Position numbers and translations under genes: made by a program
Origin: Deltaproteobacteria bacterium
GTDB lineage: Bacteria; Lernaellota; Lernaellaia; JACKCT01
Length of the DNA stretch: 64,000 bases
Direction: 5' to 3'
NCBI GenBank assembly: GCA_020845895.1
Contig: JADLEX010000125.1
Span: 49,729-113,728, forward strand
Shown here: in pieces, positions 48,660 through 60,759 of the stretch
Layout of the letters: every line of letters starts with the position of its first letter
Numbering within the stretch: position 1 is the first letter of the stretch
The notes under the pieces: generated by a model
The model's database searches: none
What the model was told of the DNA's origin: nothing
What the model saw: only the letters and a program-made list of their open reading frames with translations

Positions 48660-50948
48660 ATGGGCTCCTTCCGCCGAGTCGTATTGGTTTGGGCTCTCAT
48701 CAGCGCGTTGATCTGTTTGTCCGCCTGCGCGGGCGGCGATGTTGACGATTCCGGCAACGACGACGATTCGCGGGATGATGACCTGTCGGACGACGACGCG
48801 GACGATGACGACCTCGCCGATGACGACGCATCCGACGACGATATCGCCGACGACGACACGGCCGATGACGACACGTCCGACGATGACACGGCGGATGACG
48901 ACACCGGCGACGACGACAGCCTCGAAAATCTGTTCGTCGAGCGCGTCGCGGGTGGATGCCCGGGATGCACGGACCCCGATATCGCCGTGCGTCCCGATGG
49001 CTCGGTCGTCGTGCTCGCGTCGCGCGGGCGCGAACTGGTGGCGTACGAATCCTTCGGCGGGGCGTTCCAGACAAACGTCATCCTGCGCGATGCCGGATAC
49101 GAACCGAAGGTCGTCACGGATCCGGACGGCGCGCTGCACATTCTCTGGTTTCATGCGCACGAGCGTCGCATGTACTACTCCACCAATGCGGACGGAACCT
49201 GGCTGAGCGAACCCATCGACGAATCGCCGGACGAGGCTGTGGATTACAACTTCGATCTCACGCGCGCGGCCGACGGCAGCCTGCACGCGGCGTATCTTCG
49301 GCACGACGACGACTCGATCACGTCTACGCTCTATTACGCGAAACGCGAAGACGGGACATGGAGCGTTGAACGCGTTCGCGATTACGCGGTGGAGTACGTG
49401 CATTCGGTCGCCATCGCGGCCAACGCACAGGGCGAGGCGGCGATCGCCGCGGTGGACGGGCTCGAATGGCAGCAGCAGAATCTTTCCGTCTATCGGAAGC
49501 CCGGGCTGTTCTGGTCGCGCGATATCGCGATCACGAGCTGGGATGTGTTGCGCGGAGTGGTGGGCATCGCGTTCGACTCCACGGGGTTGATCCATCTGGC
49601 GAGCGCCATTCAGGGCTCGCCGATCTACGGTGTCGTCCACGTGTATGAAGAGGGCGGGTCCTGGACGGTCGAGGGCGTCGGCGCGGGCAACATGTCCATT
49701 CCCGTGGCCATGTGGCTCGACGCCAACGATCGCCCACGCATCGTGTTCACGACCGCGGATTTGCTCGGCTTCGCGGCGTGGGACGGCGCGACGTGGCAGG
49801 TCGAGACGCGGGGACGTCCCTACTGGACCTCGGGCGCCGCTCCCGCGCCGGACGGCTCGGTGCACATCGTCCTCTCGAACAACCTCGAGCGCCTCGCGCA
49901 CGCGCGTTGGGACGGCGTGACGTGGACCGAAACGGTGCTCGACGAGGCGGGCAAGGTCATGCCCGACACCTCCATCGCCCTCGACACGCACAGCGCGGCC
50001 TTCATCTTCTTCCGCGAGCGCGACCCGATGCGGCCGAGCGTGGCGAATAACCGCGCGGGGTGGTGGATCGTCGAGCCCTTCGATGCGGGGGATTTCCCTT
50101 ACGACGTGCAACTCGGCGAATCCATCGCCGCCGACGGCGACGACATCCACGTGCTCTACCTCGATCCGGTGCCGTATCCGCAGGTGCTGCGTTACGCGAA
50201 ACTCGACGACGTGGGCTGGAGCTTCGAGACGGTGACGCCTTACGAGCCGTGGCTTGCGTGGCTCGACCTGGCCGTCGATTCGAATGGCGACCCGCACGCG
50301 TGCGTGAACGACCGCGACGCCATCGCCATGTTCCACATGTGGAGGACGGGCGGCGCGTGGAACGCGGAATCGGTGGATACGCTCGGGCGCGATCGCTGGG
50401 AATGCCACATCGCGCTGGACGCGGCGGACGCGGTGCACATGACGTACGGCTTCGACGCGGCGCCGCCCACGTGGTTCGTGTCGCTGCCGTTGCTGTTTTA
50501 CGCCAACAACCTGGCGACCGACTGGGATTTCATGTGGATCGGCGCGGGGTGGTACGGCATGCCGCACGACTTCGCGCTCGACTCGCAGGGCTATGCCCAC
50601 GTGGTGATGCGCAACCGGCTTGGCGTCGGCTACGCGACGAACGCGTCAGGGGCGTGGCGATACGAGCCGCTGCTGGAGGGCGACGTCGTCGCGATCGCCG
50701 CAACCGTCGATCCCATGGGTGCGACGCACGCGGCCGTCTCGTACTACGTGTACGAACCGGAGTACCGGCGCCGCATCGACTACATGAACAACTCGACCGG
50801 CGAGTGGCGTCGCTGGGAGGTGGACGGCGACGACCCGTCACCCAGCCCCGGCGAGGGGCTCGACATCGCCCTCGATGATTCGGGACGCATCCACCTGTCC
50901 TACACGGGCCACTTCGCGCTGTATCACGCGGTGTTTCCCGTGCCGTGA
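48660..50948 (+). CDS. Lipoprotein with ~60-aa poly-Asp linker followed by repeated beta-propeller-like units
   Basis: Lipobox LSAC, then DDDxxDDD repeats, then units of about 50 aa with recurring DG..H / W motifs. This is the true ORF inside the 1274-aa track entry. Confidence 0.65.
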   Translation: MGSFRRVVLVWALISALICLSACAGGDVDDSGNDDDSRDDDLSDDDADDDDLADDDASDDDIADDDTADDDTSDDDTADDDTGDDDSLENLFVERVAGGCPGCTDPDIAVRPDGSVVVLASRGRELVAYESFGGAFQTNVILRDAGYEPKVVTDPDGALHILWFHAHERRMYYSTNADGTWLSEPIDESPDEAVDYNFDLTRAADGSLHAAYLRHDDDSITSTLYYAKREDGTWSVERVRDYAVEYVHSVAIAANAQGEAAIAAVDGLEWQQQNLSVYRKPGLFWSRDIAITSWDVLRGVVGIAFDSTGLIHLASAIQGSPIYGVVHVYEEGGSWTVEGVGAGNMSIPVAMWLDANDRPRIVFTTADLLGFAAWDGATWQVETRGRPYWTSGAAPAPDGSVHIVLSNNLERLAHARWDGVTWTETVLDEAGKVMPDTSIALDTHSAAFIFFRERDPMRPSVANNRAGWWIVEPFDAGDFPYDVQLGESIAADGDDIHVLYLDPVPYPQVLRYAKLDDVGWSFETVTPYEPWLAWLDLAVDSNGDPHACVNDRDAIAMFHMWRTGGAWNAESVDTLGRDRWECHIALDAADAVHMTYGFDAAPPTWFVSLPLLFYANNLATDWDFMWIGAGWYGMPHDFALDSQGYAHVVMRNRLGVGYATNASGAWRYEPLLEGDVVAIAATVDPMGATHAAVSYYVYEPEYRRRIDYMNNSTGEWRRWEVDGDDPSPSPGEGLDIALDDSGRIHLSYTGHFALYHAVFPVP

Positions 50949-50960
50949 GGCGAGCGCGAT

Positions 50961-51005
50961 CTACTGCACCGTCGGCCGTCCCGGGGCGCGTTTGGCGGGG
51001 GGCGG
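50961..51005. repeat. Direct repeat copy A (~45 bp) duplicating the 3' end of lon (reverse strand reads MPPPAKRAPGRPTVQ-stop)
   Basis: CTGCACCGTCGGCCGTCCCGGGGCGCGTTTGGCGGGG compared with copy B at 52661-52700: about 37 of 39 bases identical. Confidence 0.8.
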
Positions 51006-51066
51006 CATTTTGTCGGAGTGGTGCGATCTTGCACAAAACTAAACTCTGAGTTAATGTTTGTGCGCG

Positions 51067-51747
51067 ATGCCGAATCGATCTGCACAGACACCCCGACCCG
51101 CTTGGAGCGCGCTATACGAAACGGCGGCGGCGCAGTCGGGCCTCTTCACCGCGGCGCAGGCCGGAACCGCGGGGTACTCGCCTCAACTGATCGCGAAGCA
51201 CGTCGCCGCCGGGCGATTCGTCCGCGTGCGCCGGGCGATCTACCGGTTCGTCCACTTTCCGCCCGGCGAAAACGAAGACCTCGTGGCGATCTGGCTTTGG
51301 TCCGAGTGCACGGGCGCGTTCTCGCACGAAACCGCGCTCTTTCTGCACAACCTGTCGGACGCGATGCCGTCGCGCGCCCACCTCACGCTCCCGACGGCGT
51401 GGTCACATCGACGCCTCCGGGTGCCGACGGGACTCTTGGTGCACCACGCCGATTTGACGAAGTCGGATCTTGCCTGGGTCGGCCCCGTTCCCGTGACGAG
51501 CGCCCGGCGCACCGTCAACGACTGCGCGGTCGCACGTGTCGCGCCGGACATCGTCCGTGACGCGTTCGAGCAGGGCGCGAATCGCGGACTATTTCGGCGC
51601 GATACGCTTCCCGACGTGATCGACTACCTGAAGCGGTTCTATTCGGTCTCGCGCAGTCGCTCGGGACCGCGCTTCGGGTCGTCCGCTTCGAGTCGAAAAG
51701 GGGCGAGGTCGGCGTCAACGCGCATGATCCTCCGGCGTCCGAGATGA
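51067..51747 (+). CDS. abiEi: Type IV TA/abortive-infection antitoxin AbiEi (transcriptional regulator)
   Basis: AbiEi_4-like N-terminus (YETAAAQSGLFTAAQA...LIAKHVAAGRFVRVRRAIYRF). The stop overlaps the abiEii start (ATGA). Confidence 0.7.
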   Translation: MPNRSAQTPRPAWSALYETAAAQSGLFTAAQAGTAGYSPQLIAKHVAAGRFVRVRRAIYRFVHFPPGENEDLVAIWLWSECTGAFSHETALFLHNLSDAMPSRAHLTLPTAWSHRRLRVPTGLLVHHADLTKSDLAWVGPVPVTSARRTVNDCAVARVAPDIVRDAFEQGANRGLFRRDTLPDVIDYLKRFYSVSRSRSGPRFGSSASSRKGARSASTRMILRRPR

Positions 51748-52646
51748 ACGTGAGAACTTACAGGACGCCGGAAGCCTTCAAGATGGCGTTGGAGCAGAAG
51801 CTTCGGTCGCGATCGTCGAGTGGCGGCGATTTCGCGCGCCGTCGCCAACTCCTCGTCTTTGATCGATTCCTCGCGCGCGTAGTCGCAACGATGGGTGACC
51901 GCGTCATTCTCAAGGGCGGACTCGTGATCGAACTCCGGATCGAACGGGCCCGTACCACGAAGGACATCGACCTGAGCGTGATGGGCGATCCGGGCGAGAT
52001 TCTCGAACAACTCCGGGAAGCCGGACGGCTGGACCTCGGCGACTTCATGACATTCGAAATCTCGCCGGACGCCGGGCATCCCGTCATCCAGAACGAAGGG
52101 ATGCGCTATGACGGGCTGCGTTACCGAAGCGAAACGCGCCTTGCCGGAAAGATCTACGGCCAACCCTTTGGAGTCGACGTCGCGTTCGGCGACCCGATCT
52201 TCGGCGAACCCGACGTCGTCCTGACGGAAGATGTGCTGAATTTTGCGGGCGTCGCCCCGCCCGCCGTGCGTCTTTATCCCGTCGAAACGCAGATCGCCGA
52301 AAAACTGCACGCGCTGACCATGCCGAGAGATCTCGAAAATTCGCGCGTGAAGGATCTTCCCGACATCGCTTTGCTCGCTTTGGTGCGGGAGATTGACGAA
52401 ACCGTTCTGCGCAAAGCGCTGGAATTGACCTTCGGGTATCGCGCCACGCACACGATCCCGACCTCCGTTCCCGAGCCGCCCGATTCGTGGGGCACCATCT
52501 ACGCGCGCATGGCGATAGAGGACCAACTCCCTTGGGCTTCCTTCTTCGATCTCGTCTCCGCGGTCGGGCGCTTCATGGATCCGATTCTCTCCGTGAAACT
52601 GCGGCGGCGATGGGATCCCATCCGCTGGGAGTGGTCCGCGAACTGA
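51744..52646 (+). CDS. abiEii: Nucleotidyltransferase toxin AbiEii/AbiGii (DUF1814)
   Basis: VILKGGLVIELRIE...TKDIDL motif region typical of AbiEii nucleotidyltransferases. Confidence 0.75.
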   Translation: MNVRTYRTPEAFKMALEQKLRSRSSSGGDFARRRQLLVFDRFLARVVATMGDRVILKGGLVIELRIERARTTKDIDLSVMGDPGEILEQLREAGRLDLGDFMTFEISPDAGHPVIQNEGMRYDGLRYRSETRLAGKIYGQPFGVDVAFGDPIFGEPDVVLTEDVLNFAGVAPPAVRLYPVETQIAEKLHALTMPRDLENSRVKDLPDIALLALVREIDETVLRKALELTFGYRATHTIPTSVPEPPDSWGTIYARMAIEDQLPWASFFDLVSAVGRFMDPILSVKLRRRWDPIRWEWSAN

Positions 52647-52659
52647 CGAACGCGCGCCC

Positions 52660-55119
<2,460 letters not shown>

Positions 55120-55166
55120 GGCGTCCTACTTGGTCGAAAATTCACGACTCTCGGTTGAAAAACACT

Positions 55167-55589
55167 TCATTCATTCACCGTGAAATTCAGCGGCCTACGC
55201 TCGCCGCGGCGCTCCGGCACACGGGGGGCGCGCACGGTCATGATGCCGTCGGCGAAGTGCGCGTCCACCTGCGACATGTCCACCGGCGCGGGAAGCTCCA
55301 CGGATTTCCGGAAATGCCCCGCGGGCCGCTCGGCGATGAGGAATCGTCCGCCGCCCTCGGGCGCGAACGACGCGCGCGTGCCGGACAGCTCCAGAAAACA
55401 GCGATGCCCCGACAGCCGCAGGCTGTCAGGCGCCGCGCCGGGGACCTCGAAACGCACCAACACCTCGGTCTCGCCCATCCAGATGTCCGTGGGCACGTCG
55501 GTGGGGCGCGGCTCGATGCGTTCGAGCAGGCGCAAAAGGCGCGTCAGCTCCTCGCGGATCATGGCGAGGCTGGGATCGGATCGGGTCAT
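55167..55589 (-). CDS. Hsp20/alpha-crystallin small heat-shock protein
   Basis: Alpha-crystallin domain ending ...FADGIMTVRAPR. Confidence 0.7.
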   Translation of the reverse strand: MTRSDPSLAMIREELTRLLRLLERIEPRPTDVPTDIWMGETEVLVRFEVPGAAPDSLRLSGHRCFLELSGTRASFAPEGGGRFLIAERPAGHFRKSVELPAPVDMSQVDAHFADGIMTVRAPRVPERRGERRPLNFTVNE

Positions 55590-55734
55590 TCGGCGAGTCG
55601 CCCCCGCAGTCGTATCGGCGCGCGCGCTCCGAAGGTTGAACACGCCGCGCAGCGAACCGACCACGGTATAGCCTTTTTCGCGACCGGACGGCAACGCGGC
55701 GCGTCGGCGATTCATCGAGGAGAGGTGATGACAA

Positions 55735-57720
55735 TCACCCGAAAAAGCTGACCGCTCCGTTCGCCAGGAGAGCGCGGCATGCATCGACCACGGCCCGGTC
55801 GAACAGATGGGAATTTCGCTCGCCGACTTCCTCGAGCGCCGCCCGCAGGCCGAGCGCTTCGCGATACGGTCGACGCAGTGTCATGGTTTCCACAACATCC
55901 GCCACCGCGATGATGCGCGCTCCCAGCAGAATGTCCTCGCCGGCAAGTCCTCGCGGGTAGCCCGATCCATCCATTCGCTCGTGGTGCTGATGGACCATTT
56001 CGGCAATCGGCCAGGGGAATCGGATCGGCTTCAGGATTTCGTACCCCGTCAGCGGGTGCTGCCGGATCAGCAACCGCTCCTCGGAGGACAATTCGCCGGG
56101 TTTGACGAGAATCTCGGCCGGAATGGAAATTTTGCCGATGTCGTGTATGACGCCGGCCAGGTAGATGGCCTCCACCTCCTCCTTGGGAAGGCCCAGACGC
56201 TCGGCGATCGCCCGGGCGAGCTTGGCGACGCGGATCTGGTGGCCGGAGGTATAGGGATCGCGCTTTTCGACGGTCAAGGACATGGCCGAAATGGCGCCGA
56301 CCAACGCGGCGTTGAGTTCGGCGGCCCGCTCCGCCAGTGCGGTCTCCGCGTTTCGGTGTTCGGTGATGTCGGTGAATGTCGTGTAGACGCGATACGGCGC
56401 GGACTCGCCGGGCCGAAAGTCGGGAATCGCATCGACCAGAACCCAGCGATGCCGGTTTTCGGAGGGATGGAATACACCCATGAGGGTTCCGAGCACCGGT
56501 TGTTTCGAGCGTAGCGCCGCGATCGCCGGATGCTCGTCTCCGGGAAATTCCGTTCCATCCTCGCGCAGGTATTGCCAACGGGGATCCCCGGGAATGTGAG
56601 TCCGCATTTCGTCCAGCGAAAGGCCGAGGATCCTTTCGGCGGCGGGGTTCGCGGCGATGACGTCCCCGTCCACCGACCGATAGATCACACCCTGAGCCAT
56701 CGACTCGAACAAATGACGATATTGTTCTTCGCTCTGCCGGAGTTGCTCGTTGGCCCACCACAAATGGCGTGTGCGTTTTTCGACCTGCCGGCGCAACAGC
56801 CCGATCATCGCGCCCGCCACGGTGAGCAGACCGAGGATGATTCCGATGATCCATGCAATGTAAGGCGGCAGGAATCGTTCGGGCGGTCGTTCCATCCAGC
56901 GGGCCAGCTCCGTGTAGTACGGCGAATTGGGCTCGTTCCGCCATGTTTCCAGATGGCGATCGACGACACCGAGCAGTTCGGCGTTGCGCCCCTGTGCCGA
57001 CGCGAAATACAGCTCGGTCATCTGAAAGACGATCGGCGTCTTGATGAGACCGTATTCGCGACAGAAGTAATCGCCGAAGAAATGGTTGGCGATCGCCAGA
57101 TCGACCTTGCCGTCGCGCGCGAGCGCAAACGCCTCCTCGAGCGACGCGGTGGGAACGATGATGGTGTCGATGTCGAAACCGCGCATCATCTGCTCGAACT
57201 CGGCCTGCTGGATGGAGCCGCCCATGACGGCGACGCGCAGTCCACCGATCTCGGAAAGAGCGACGATCGGATGATGCGCATTGGCGTACAGCCGGGACCA
57301 ACTTTCGACGACCGGCACGCGGTGAAAGTCAAATTTTTCGTCGCGTTCGGGCGAATACGCGACGTCCGGCATCAGGTCGATCCGTCCTTCGCCGAGGGCC
57401 AGCAGGCACTCCGACCACGCGCACGGAACGTACTCCGGCTTCCATCCTTCTTGCCGCGCGATTTCGGCGAACAGCTCCACGAACAGACCGGAGGGATGGC
57501 CTTCCTCGTTCGTGAACACCTTGGGTTGGTTTTCGTAGACGCCGAAACGGACGATTCGATCCCGAGACGGGGCATCAGCGACGGCGAGCTCTGTCGAGCC
57601 CGCGCCCAACGCGATCACCACGAGGAGGAACAGGGTGAATCGGGAAAGCCGTCCGCCGGTGCGAATCGTCGTGATCGATTTGCTTTTTTGCGCGCGCCGG
57701 GCCATTTGGACCCGCCCCAT
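55735..57720 (-). CDS. Sensor HD-GYP phosphodiesterase: periplasmic solute-binding (SBP_bac_3-like) domain - TM - PAS - HD-GYP
   Basis: Signal/TM segments, a PAS-like region, and the HD-GYP motifs HDIGK and HHERMDGSGYPRGL. Confidence 0.8.
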   Translation of the reverse strand: MGRVQMARRAQKSKSITTIRTGGRLSRFTLFLLVVIALGAGSTELAVADAPSRDRIVRFGVYENQPKVFTNEEGHPSGLFVELFAEIARQEGWKPEYVPCAWSECLLALGEGRIDLMPDVAYSPERDEKFDFHRVPVVESWSRLYANAHHPIVALSEIGGLRVAVMGGSIQQAEFEQMMRGFDIDTIIVPTASLEEAFALARDGKVDLAIANHFFGDYFCREYGLIKTPIVFQMTELYFASAQGRNAELLGVVDRHLETWRNEPNSPYYTELARWMERPPERFLPPYIAWIIGIILGLLTVAGAMIGLLRRQVEKRTRHLWWANEQLRQSEEQYRHLFESMAQGVIYRSVDGDVIAANPAAERILGLSLDEMRTHIPGDPRWQYLREDGTEFPGDEHPAIAALRSKQPVLGTLMGVFHPSENRHRWVLVDAIPDFRPGESAPYRVYTTFTDITEHRNAETALAERAAELNAALVGAISAMSLTVEKRDPYTSGHQIRVAKLARAIAERLGLPKEEVEAIYLAGVIHDIGKISIPAEILVKPGELSSEERLLIRQHPLTGYEILKPIRFPWPIAEMVHQHHERMDGSGYPRGLAGEDILLGARIIAVADVVETMTLRRPYREALGLRAALEEVGERNSHLFDRAVVDACRALLANGAVSFFG

Positions 57721-57832
57721 ATGTCGGAATTGTCACTGGAGTTCATTGGATAACACATTTCGGCAGGCGAGTGAAAACTTATTTTGCCGCTCGTCGAGCG
57801 CCCGCACGGCATCGCGGGGGATCAGACCTCGG

Positions 57833-58416
57833 TCACAGCGGGGGCTCCACGATCGTCACGCACAGGTTTTCGAGTTTGTCCGAGAGGTTGCCGTCCGCGT
57901 CGGTCGCTTCCCGGTCCGTGCAGTATTCGCCGATTTCCCATGTCGAAAGGTCGACGAGAAGTGAGACGGAAACGGGTTCTCCGCGGTCCGGGGCGCTCGG
58001 CGCGCCGCCTTCCACGTCGTCCCAATAAAGCGGGTCGTCGACGAACGGTTTGGTGGTGCCGTCCCACATCAGAATGATCCCACCGCCGGGAGGTTGTCCA
58101 TGACGTCGCACACCTTCCAAGTGAGGGCCCCGGAATCTCCCGGCTCGACGGCCTCGGGGACCCACTCGCCCGAGTGAATCGTCGGCGCGGCATTGTCGTC
58201 GTCGATTTCGCCAATGTCATCGTCGTCGTCCGAATCGTCGTCATCGTCGTCGACCGTGCCGGTATCGTCGAAGTCGAATGGCGTCGCGCCGTCGTCATCG
58301 TCGTCGTTGGTGTCGTCGTTTCCGCAGGAGATCGCAAGGACGGCGTTCGTCATCAGGAAGATCGCCACGCATACCGCATAAGAGCGTTTCATGGTTGTCT
58401 CCGTCGCCGTCCTCAA
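57833..58416 (-). pseudogene. Poly-Asp lipoprotein gene split by a frameshift near 58075-58095 (ORFs 58069..58416 and 57833..58165)
   Basis: The N-terminal ORF has lipobox AISC plus DDDDD tracts and ends ...NLPAVGSF. The overlapping ORF reads protein-like IILMWDGTTKPFVDDPLYWDD. A 1-nt indel at the GGCGGTGGG run would join them. Confidence 0.4.
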
Positions 58417-58462
58417 TACGGCTATCAGGCTCGGTGCTGATTCGCAGAACGACGAATCGCCA

Positions 58463-60658
58463 TCAATCGGTTTTTCGGGGCTTGGGTTTTCGACCCCGAC
58501 GCGGCCTCGTCGGCGGATCGCTTTTCAGAATTCGATGCCGCGGGCGGCGGGGCGAACACTCGAAACATCCGGAGCCTGCGGATCTGTTGTGAATCCTGGC
58601 TCTCCACGAGTGCCCTTCCTTGCAGATCCACCAGACTTTTTTCATCGAGTGCGGCGTGACGTCGAACGGCGTCAGTTCCCCATTCTTTGCGGGATGCCAT
58701 TGACGGGCCAGCCTGCGGTCGAGCAGGGCCAGGTTATACTCGGCGCTCGCCACCCGATGCGTGCAATACGGGCACCCGGTTCCTTTCGTCCGGCTCTGGA
58801 CGCTGGCCTCCCATTCGTGGCCGTTGTCGCACACCCAAACAACCTTGTACGCGTCGACCGCGGTCATCACCTGATCGGGAGTGAGATCGCCGTTTTTCGT
58901 CGGATGCCACTGGCTCGCGATATCCGGGAACATCACGGCCAGATTGTTGAAGGGAGTCACCCGTTTTCCCGCACAGTAGGGACAGCCATGACCAAGCGTA
59001 CGGTATTTGATCGCGGTCTCCCACTCGTGTTCCCCGCACGTCCACCAGACCTTTTTATCGCTGCGCGGGGCGAAGTCTTCGGGCGTCCAGGATCCGTTTC
59101 GCGTAGGGTGCCACTGCCGGGCGATTTCGGGGTAGTGGGAGGCCAGGCTGTTCGACGCATCGATCCGTTTCCCGACGCAAAACGGGCAACCCGCTCCGTT
59201 GGTGCGACGGATGACGGGAGCCTGCCACTCATGGCCCTTGTCGCAGACCCACCAAACCCGGACATTCGACTTGGGCCGTAACATCATGGGCGTCAAATCC
59301 CCGTTTTTCGTGGGATGCCATTGCCGGACCAGTTCGGGTTGGTCCGTCGCCAGATTGTGCTCGGCGTCGGCTTTCTTGCCCACGCAATACGGGCATCCGG
59401 GGCTGGATGTCCGGTGATTGATCATCGCCAGCCATTCGTGTCCTTTTTCGCATTTCCACCAGACCCGCTTGTTGCTGGCCGTCGTGACGCGATCCGGTGT
59501 CAGATCGCCGTTGCGTGTCGGATGCCACTGCGTCGCCAGATTCGGGTGCGACTGCGAAAGCCGTCCGAGCCGTCGATGAACGCTTCGGGCGCAAACGGGG
59601 CAGCCGCGCCCGCCCGCCCGGCCGCCGATGTCGGCCTCCCACTCATGCCCGCACGCGCCGCATCTCCACCACGCTTTCCGGTTGCTTCTCGGCGTCACGT
59701 CCGACGGGCGCAGTTCGCCGTTGCGTGTCGGGTGCCACTGGGCGGCGAGCCGGGGATATGCCGAGGCCAGATTGTGCGCGGCGGTGGCCCGACGCCCGGA
59801 GCAGAAAGGACACCCCCTCCCGAGCGATCGGCTCGCAACTCTGGTTTTCCATTCATGTCCGCGTTCGCAGCGCCACCAAACATACTCCGAGCTGAACTCG
59901 GAAACGGCATCGGGCGTCAGATCGGCGTTTTTCGTCGGGTGCCATTGGCGCGCGATTTCGGGATGACGGGAGAGCAGGGAGCGCTCCTCCCGGTCTAGCT
60001 GCTGGCAGTACGGGCAAGCGGCGTTGTCCAGTGTGCGGCGAATGACGGTCCTCTCCCAGTCGTGCCCGCACTCGCATTGCCACCACACAGTCTTCCCGCT
60101 GGTCGGAGTCACGCGGTCGGGCGTGAGATCGGCGTTTTTCGTCGGATGCCACTGCGCGGCGATCTCGGGGAATTTTCGGGCGAGATTGACCTCGAGCGTC
60201 GCCATCCTTCCCGAGCAGTAGGGACACCCCGCGCCCATGGCCCGATTGCCGATCGTCGACGGCCACTCGTGCCCGCTTTCACATCGCCACCAGACCTTCC
60301 GCGAACTGCGAGGAAGAAAATTCTCGGGGGTCAGGTCTGCGTTCTTGGTCGGATGCCATTCGCGTGCCAGGTCCGGATTCTTCACCGCGAGATTGTTCTG
60401 TGCCGTCGGCAATCGGCCGGCACAATACGGACAACGGGAGCCCCGGACTCGGTTGCCGACCGTTGCGATCCATTCGTGCCCATCCTCGCAGAGCCACCAA
60501 ACCTTCTGCCGGCTGCACGGGGTGACATGGTAAGGTGTGAGATCCAGATTCTTCTCCGGATGCCACTGGGCCACCAGAAGCGGATAGAGTCGGAAGAACG
60601 ACGATTTCGCGGTCCGGATCGGCTTTTCCATCTCAAAATCAATGTGCCACGACCGCAC
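58463..60658 (-). CDS. Protein made of 10 tandem ~61-aa zinc-ribbon repeats (DUF4379-like: WHPTKNGDLTP..V.P.S.KKVWW.C..GHEW.A.V..R..G.GCPYC.GK)
   Basis: The repeat was counted directly in the translation: 10 WHP(T/A/E)(K/R)N units, each with a CxxGH...CPxC Cys4/His arrangement. Confidence 0.75.
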   Translation of the reverse strand: MRSWHIDFEMEKPIRTAKSSFFRLYPLLVAQWHPEKNLDLTPYHVTPCSRQKVWWLCEDGHEWIATVGNRVRGSRCPYCAGRLPTAQNNLAVKNPDLAREWHPTKNADLTPENFLPRSSRKVWWRCESGHEWPSTIGNRAMGAGCPYCSGRMATLEVNLARKFPEIAAQWHPTKNADLTPDRVTPTSGKTVWWQCECGHDWERTVIRRTLDNAACPYCQQLDREERSLLSRHPEIARQWHPTKNADLTPDAVSEFSSEYVWWRCERGHEWKTRVASRSLGRGCPFCSGRRATAAHNLASAYPRLAAQWHPTRNGELRPSDVTPRSNRKAWWRCGACGHEWEADIGGRAGGRGCPVCARSVHRRLGRLSQSHPNLATQWHPTRNGDLTPDRVTTASNKRVWWKCEKGHEWLAMINHRTSSPGCPYCVGKKADAEHNLATDQPELVRQWHPTKNGDLTPMMLRPKSNVRVWWVCDKGHEWQAPVIRRTNGAGCPFCVGKRIDASNSLASHYPEIARQWHPTRNGSWTPEDFAPRSDKKVWWTCGEHEWETAIKYRTLGHGCPYCAGKRVTPFNNLAVMFPDIASQWHPTKNGDLTPDQVMTAVDAYKVVWVCDNGHEWEASVQSRTKGTGCPYCTHRVASAEYNLALLDRRLARQWHPAKNGELTPFDVTPHSMKKVWWICKEGHSWRARIHNRSAGSGCFECSPRRPRHRILKSDPPTRPRRGRKPKPRKTD

Positions 60659-60759
60659 CGGTCGGGCAACGCCTTCGCGCCTTTCGCGCAGATGAAGAAA
60701 CCGACAGTTCCTTCCCGTGCGGTTTTTCGCTACCGTTTTCGTCTCACCGGGAGGCGGCC

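Noticed and set aside
47124-50948. 1274-aa plus-strand ORF in the track
   Set aside because: Its first about 500 codons are an out-of-frame overlap of cstA. The real gene starts at the lipoprotein signal peptide (ATG 48660).
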